A stretch of 64,000 bases of DNA, taken from positions 17,896 through 81,895 of the forward strand of contig RHPI01003369.1 of NCBI GenBank assembly GCA_009103225.1, in the 5' to 3' direction. Source of the DNA: Chlorokybus atmophyticus. Its lineage: Eukaryota > Plantae > Mesostigma and Chlorokybus algae. The notes under the pieces were generated by a model that saw only the letters and a list, made by a program, of their open reading frames with translations, made no database searches and was not told the origin of the DNA. Made by a program: the position numbers and the translations under genes. Positions within the stretch are counted from its first letter, which is position 1. Each line of letters opens with the position of its first letter. This document shows positions 61,046 through 64,000 of the stretch, piece by piece.

Positions 61046-63696
61046 ATGGCAATGCAGGCACAGGTGTGCTGTGTTTGTCCGTGTGTTCAAGTGTCGTGTG
61101 CTTGCGTATGGTGTATTGTGCATGCAGCAGCACCTTACATTGCATGTGCCCGTAAGTTGGGGCTGACAATGCGTTGGGTTTGAGAGTCTGCCCATTCCTC
61201 ATCATCTCAAACACTCTCTGCGCAGTTTGTGTACCCGACCAATGTTGACCGGCGGTACAGACTGTGGGCTTGGGTCTTTTGGCTTCTCCTTGTGGCCGCC
61301 TTTTTGGCTTACACCATCTACCTCGTTGTTAAGGTTGGCATTGTCAATGGTGTTGTCGCTGCCAAAGGGGGGGCACCACAATTATCGCAACTGACTAATT
61401 GTTGTTGTGTTGTGACATTGTTGATGCTGTTTCCCAGCTTGTGGATGCTTATGAAAATCCCTCAGTCACTGTCTCGTACAACTCGCCTCGAGCCGAGCCA
61501 ATAGCACTGCCATCCATCCTAATGTGCTCCTATGGCAAGGTTAGGACACCAGTAGTAATTGCAACAATAACAACACCTACTACTACTACTACATATGTGA
61601 GTGGTGCTGAATCCCGACCCATGCGCTCAGGTCACTATTGATGTGGACACCTTTCTGCCGCGCTTCTTCCCTCGCAACACCAGCAATCTTGCAGTAGACC
61701 GCGGCACGTGCGGGCCAAAGCAATACTATCATTCCAACTTCTTCATGCCCAACAACAGCGTGGTGCTGGTGCGTGTGTGTGTGTGTGTGTGTACATGTTG
61801 TGTCAAAAGCCAATGTGCATGTGTATGCACACAGTTCTTGTAGACACACATGACTGACTGGTATGGTTGAACAGCAAACATGTGGAGGTGTGGTATCGAC
61901 TCAAGCTGGCTCGGGGTTGCCGCCATCGGATGGTTCTGTAGCAGTGCCGGCTGCGGGTCTCTCCCTTGACTACACGTTGGTATATAGGGAGAATGTAGCC
62001 GGGCCCAACGATTGGTGTGTTGGCTTCACTGCAACCAACGCACCGCCAATGGACCCACAGGTGCGTCATGCATCAGTGCACACGTGCGTGCATGTGCATG
62101 CGCAAGCGAACACATGTGCATGCTTGCGTTCAAGTGTACAATGCAAACATGCACACATGTCTGTTCACGTGCGGGCGGGTAGGGNNNNNNNNNNNNNNNN
62201 NNNNNNNNNNNNNNNNNNNNNNNNNNNNNNNNNNNNNNNNNNNNNNNNNNNNNNNNNNNNNNNNNNNNNNNNNNNNNNNNNNNNNNNNNNNNNNNNNNNN
62301 NNNNNNNNNNNNNNNNNNNNNNNNNNNNNNNNNNNNNNNNNNNNNNNNNNNNNNNNNNNNNNNNNNNNNNNNNNNNNNNNNNNNNNNNNNNNNNNNNNNN
62401 NNNNNNNNNNNNNNNNNNNNNNNNNNNNNNNNNNNNNNNNNNNNNNNNNNNNNNNNNNNNNNNNNNNNNNNNNNNNNNNNNNNNNNNNNNNNNNNNNNNN
62501 NNNNNNNNNNNNNNNNNNNNNNNNNNNNNNNNNNNNNNNNNNNNNNNNNNNNNNGGGGGGGGCGGGGGGCAAGAACATGCATGTGCTGCCACATGATGGG
62601 TCATACTTCTGAGCATAAATGAAATGCACATCCGCAGACTGGCTTTGGGTTTCACTTGTGGTTCAACGGGACGTTTGTGGACTTTATGGGCGCGGACCTC
62701 CTCATTGCCATTGCCGACACGCTGCCAGACTTTGCCAACACTGCTCTCAACCGCAAGTAGGCCTTGCGCGCATTTGTGTTGTTTGGGCAGCTAACACAAG
62801 TGGTTGGGACAAACAACGCTTATATTGGCACAACCAACTCAATTGCATATTCTTGTCCACAGGGACAGGTGGTTTTATGACATCCAAACCGATGTCCAGG
62901 GCTTCACTTACCTGCCAATAAACAAAGTGAACCGCGTGACTGCGGCAAAGACAGTGCGCACAAGAATCACAAGTGCAACCAGCACTGGCGACCCGGTAAG
63001 TACATGTTGTACATGTCACACGCTTGCATTGCACAACATCAATGGCATCTTGAGTAAGATGTCTCCCTTTTCTTCTGCAGGAGACATCTTACGCTGCACA
63101 GAGTGTTTCATCCTCAGATGTGCAGTTCACAAACACGCAGAAGCAAGGCGCGTATCAGCCACCCGGAGAGACATACTCACAAACCCTCATCTTGTGGTTT
63201 TACGCGTCTTATGATGGGACACTGCACATAGACGAGAACTTGCCTCTTTTCGGGCTCATTGGCAGTATTGGCGGCGCGTGGCAACTTGTCACGCTGCTCT
63301 TCTTTGTTGTGTTTGCTGTTCAAGGCGACATCCTCCTTGTCGTGAATGAGGACTTGGGGAAATGTTGGCGCAAGGTGCGAAGCTGCTGGAACAAGTTGTG
63401 TTGCGGGTCCCCGTTGAACACGCGTAATATACTGAAAGATGATAAAAGTCACAACTCCATCAATAATGTTGGCGCGGGTGAGTGTGATCTGTTCAACAAG
63501 AACTAGATGTGCATGTTTTGTCCATTGGCCGCACGTATGCATTGTAGTCTTGTGTACCTTGGGTAAGAGGACCGCCTTGTTGACCCTCATGTGAGTTGCA
63601 GTGAGATAACGTTGCTTGTTGGATGCAGATGTGTCATTAAGGTCGGCGTCTGAGATCAGTTCGGAGAGGCCCGTTGAGCTGAGGGCAATTCCTTGA
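61046..63696 (+). CDS. Two-TM membrane protein with large ectodomain; DEG/ENaC/ASIC- or PAC-like ion channel candidate (~422 aa, 9 exons)
   Basis: Phase-consistent GT-AG exons: 61046-61063, 61226-61333, 61438-61539, 61631-61768, 61875-62060, 62638-62756, 62863-62995, 63081-63477, 63629-63696. TM1 RYRLWAWVFWLLLVAAFLAYTIYLVV, post-TM1 YENPSVTVSY...LPSILMCS, TM2 region LFGLIGSIGGAWQLVTLLFFVVF. Gene model confidence is high; the family call is moderate. Confidence 0.7.
62185..62554. other. Assembly gap (370 N) inside an intron of the last gene
   Basis: Run of N. Both flanking exon junctions are phase 0, so no hidden exon is required, though one cannot be excluded. Confidence 0.98.
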
Positions 63697-64000
63697 AGCT
63701 GTGTAAAGCAAATTTTGTTTGACTTTGCGTATGATGCGGTGATAGCATGGGTGATCACAGGCATGACAGTCTGCACTTGCGACCGGTCGATGCTTGCTGC
63801 GGTGTGTTGTGTTTTGTGTTGGTTGGTTTGCGATATACAACTCGTCGTGTCACTTTTGCAACATGGCAGTGGTGCTGCCGGGGTTTGTGCGTTGTTACCT
63901 GATAGGAGATCTGAGTTATCAGGTGGTGTTTTATATATTGAGAGCTGTGAAGCGCAGCAGGCAGCTGCTGCACCCTCAACATGCGATCCCTTCCCCCCCC

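Overview
Intron-rich eukaryotic nuclear DNA from a flagellate-capable green alga. It carries plant-like orthologues (TAF15, BIN4, MED30, CPL4, SUV2/ATRIP-like), plastid-targeted genes (SBPase, PetM, YlmG, ALB3) and an outer dynein arm docking subunit. An early-diverging streptophyte or other green alga is my inference, not a verified assignment. The standard genetic code fits. In order, the window holds: a plant-style TIR-NB-ARC-LRR gene (-); a 1.9 kb near-perfect palindrome ending at an N (probably partly an assembly artefact); a young Ty3/Gypsy chromovirus with TSD, intact pol and a candidate -1 frameshift (5' part lost in a gap); SBPase, tRNA-Phe(GAA), PetM, CPL4, MED30, ATRIP-like and BIN4; a decayed SAM + protein kinase (Crinkler-like) pseudogene; TAF15, PPME1, ODA1/DC2, an Sfi1-repeat protein, a 179-bp hairpin, YlmG and ALB3. 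The last gene is a 9-exon, about 422-aa two-TM protein whose TM-flanking motifs resemble DEG/ENaC/ASIC (or PAC) channels; it is the most novel-looking item. Gene models were spliced by eye, family calls rest on remembered motifs, no searches were run, and multi-exon coordinates are approximate.
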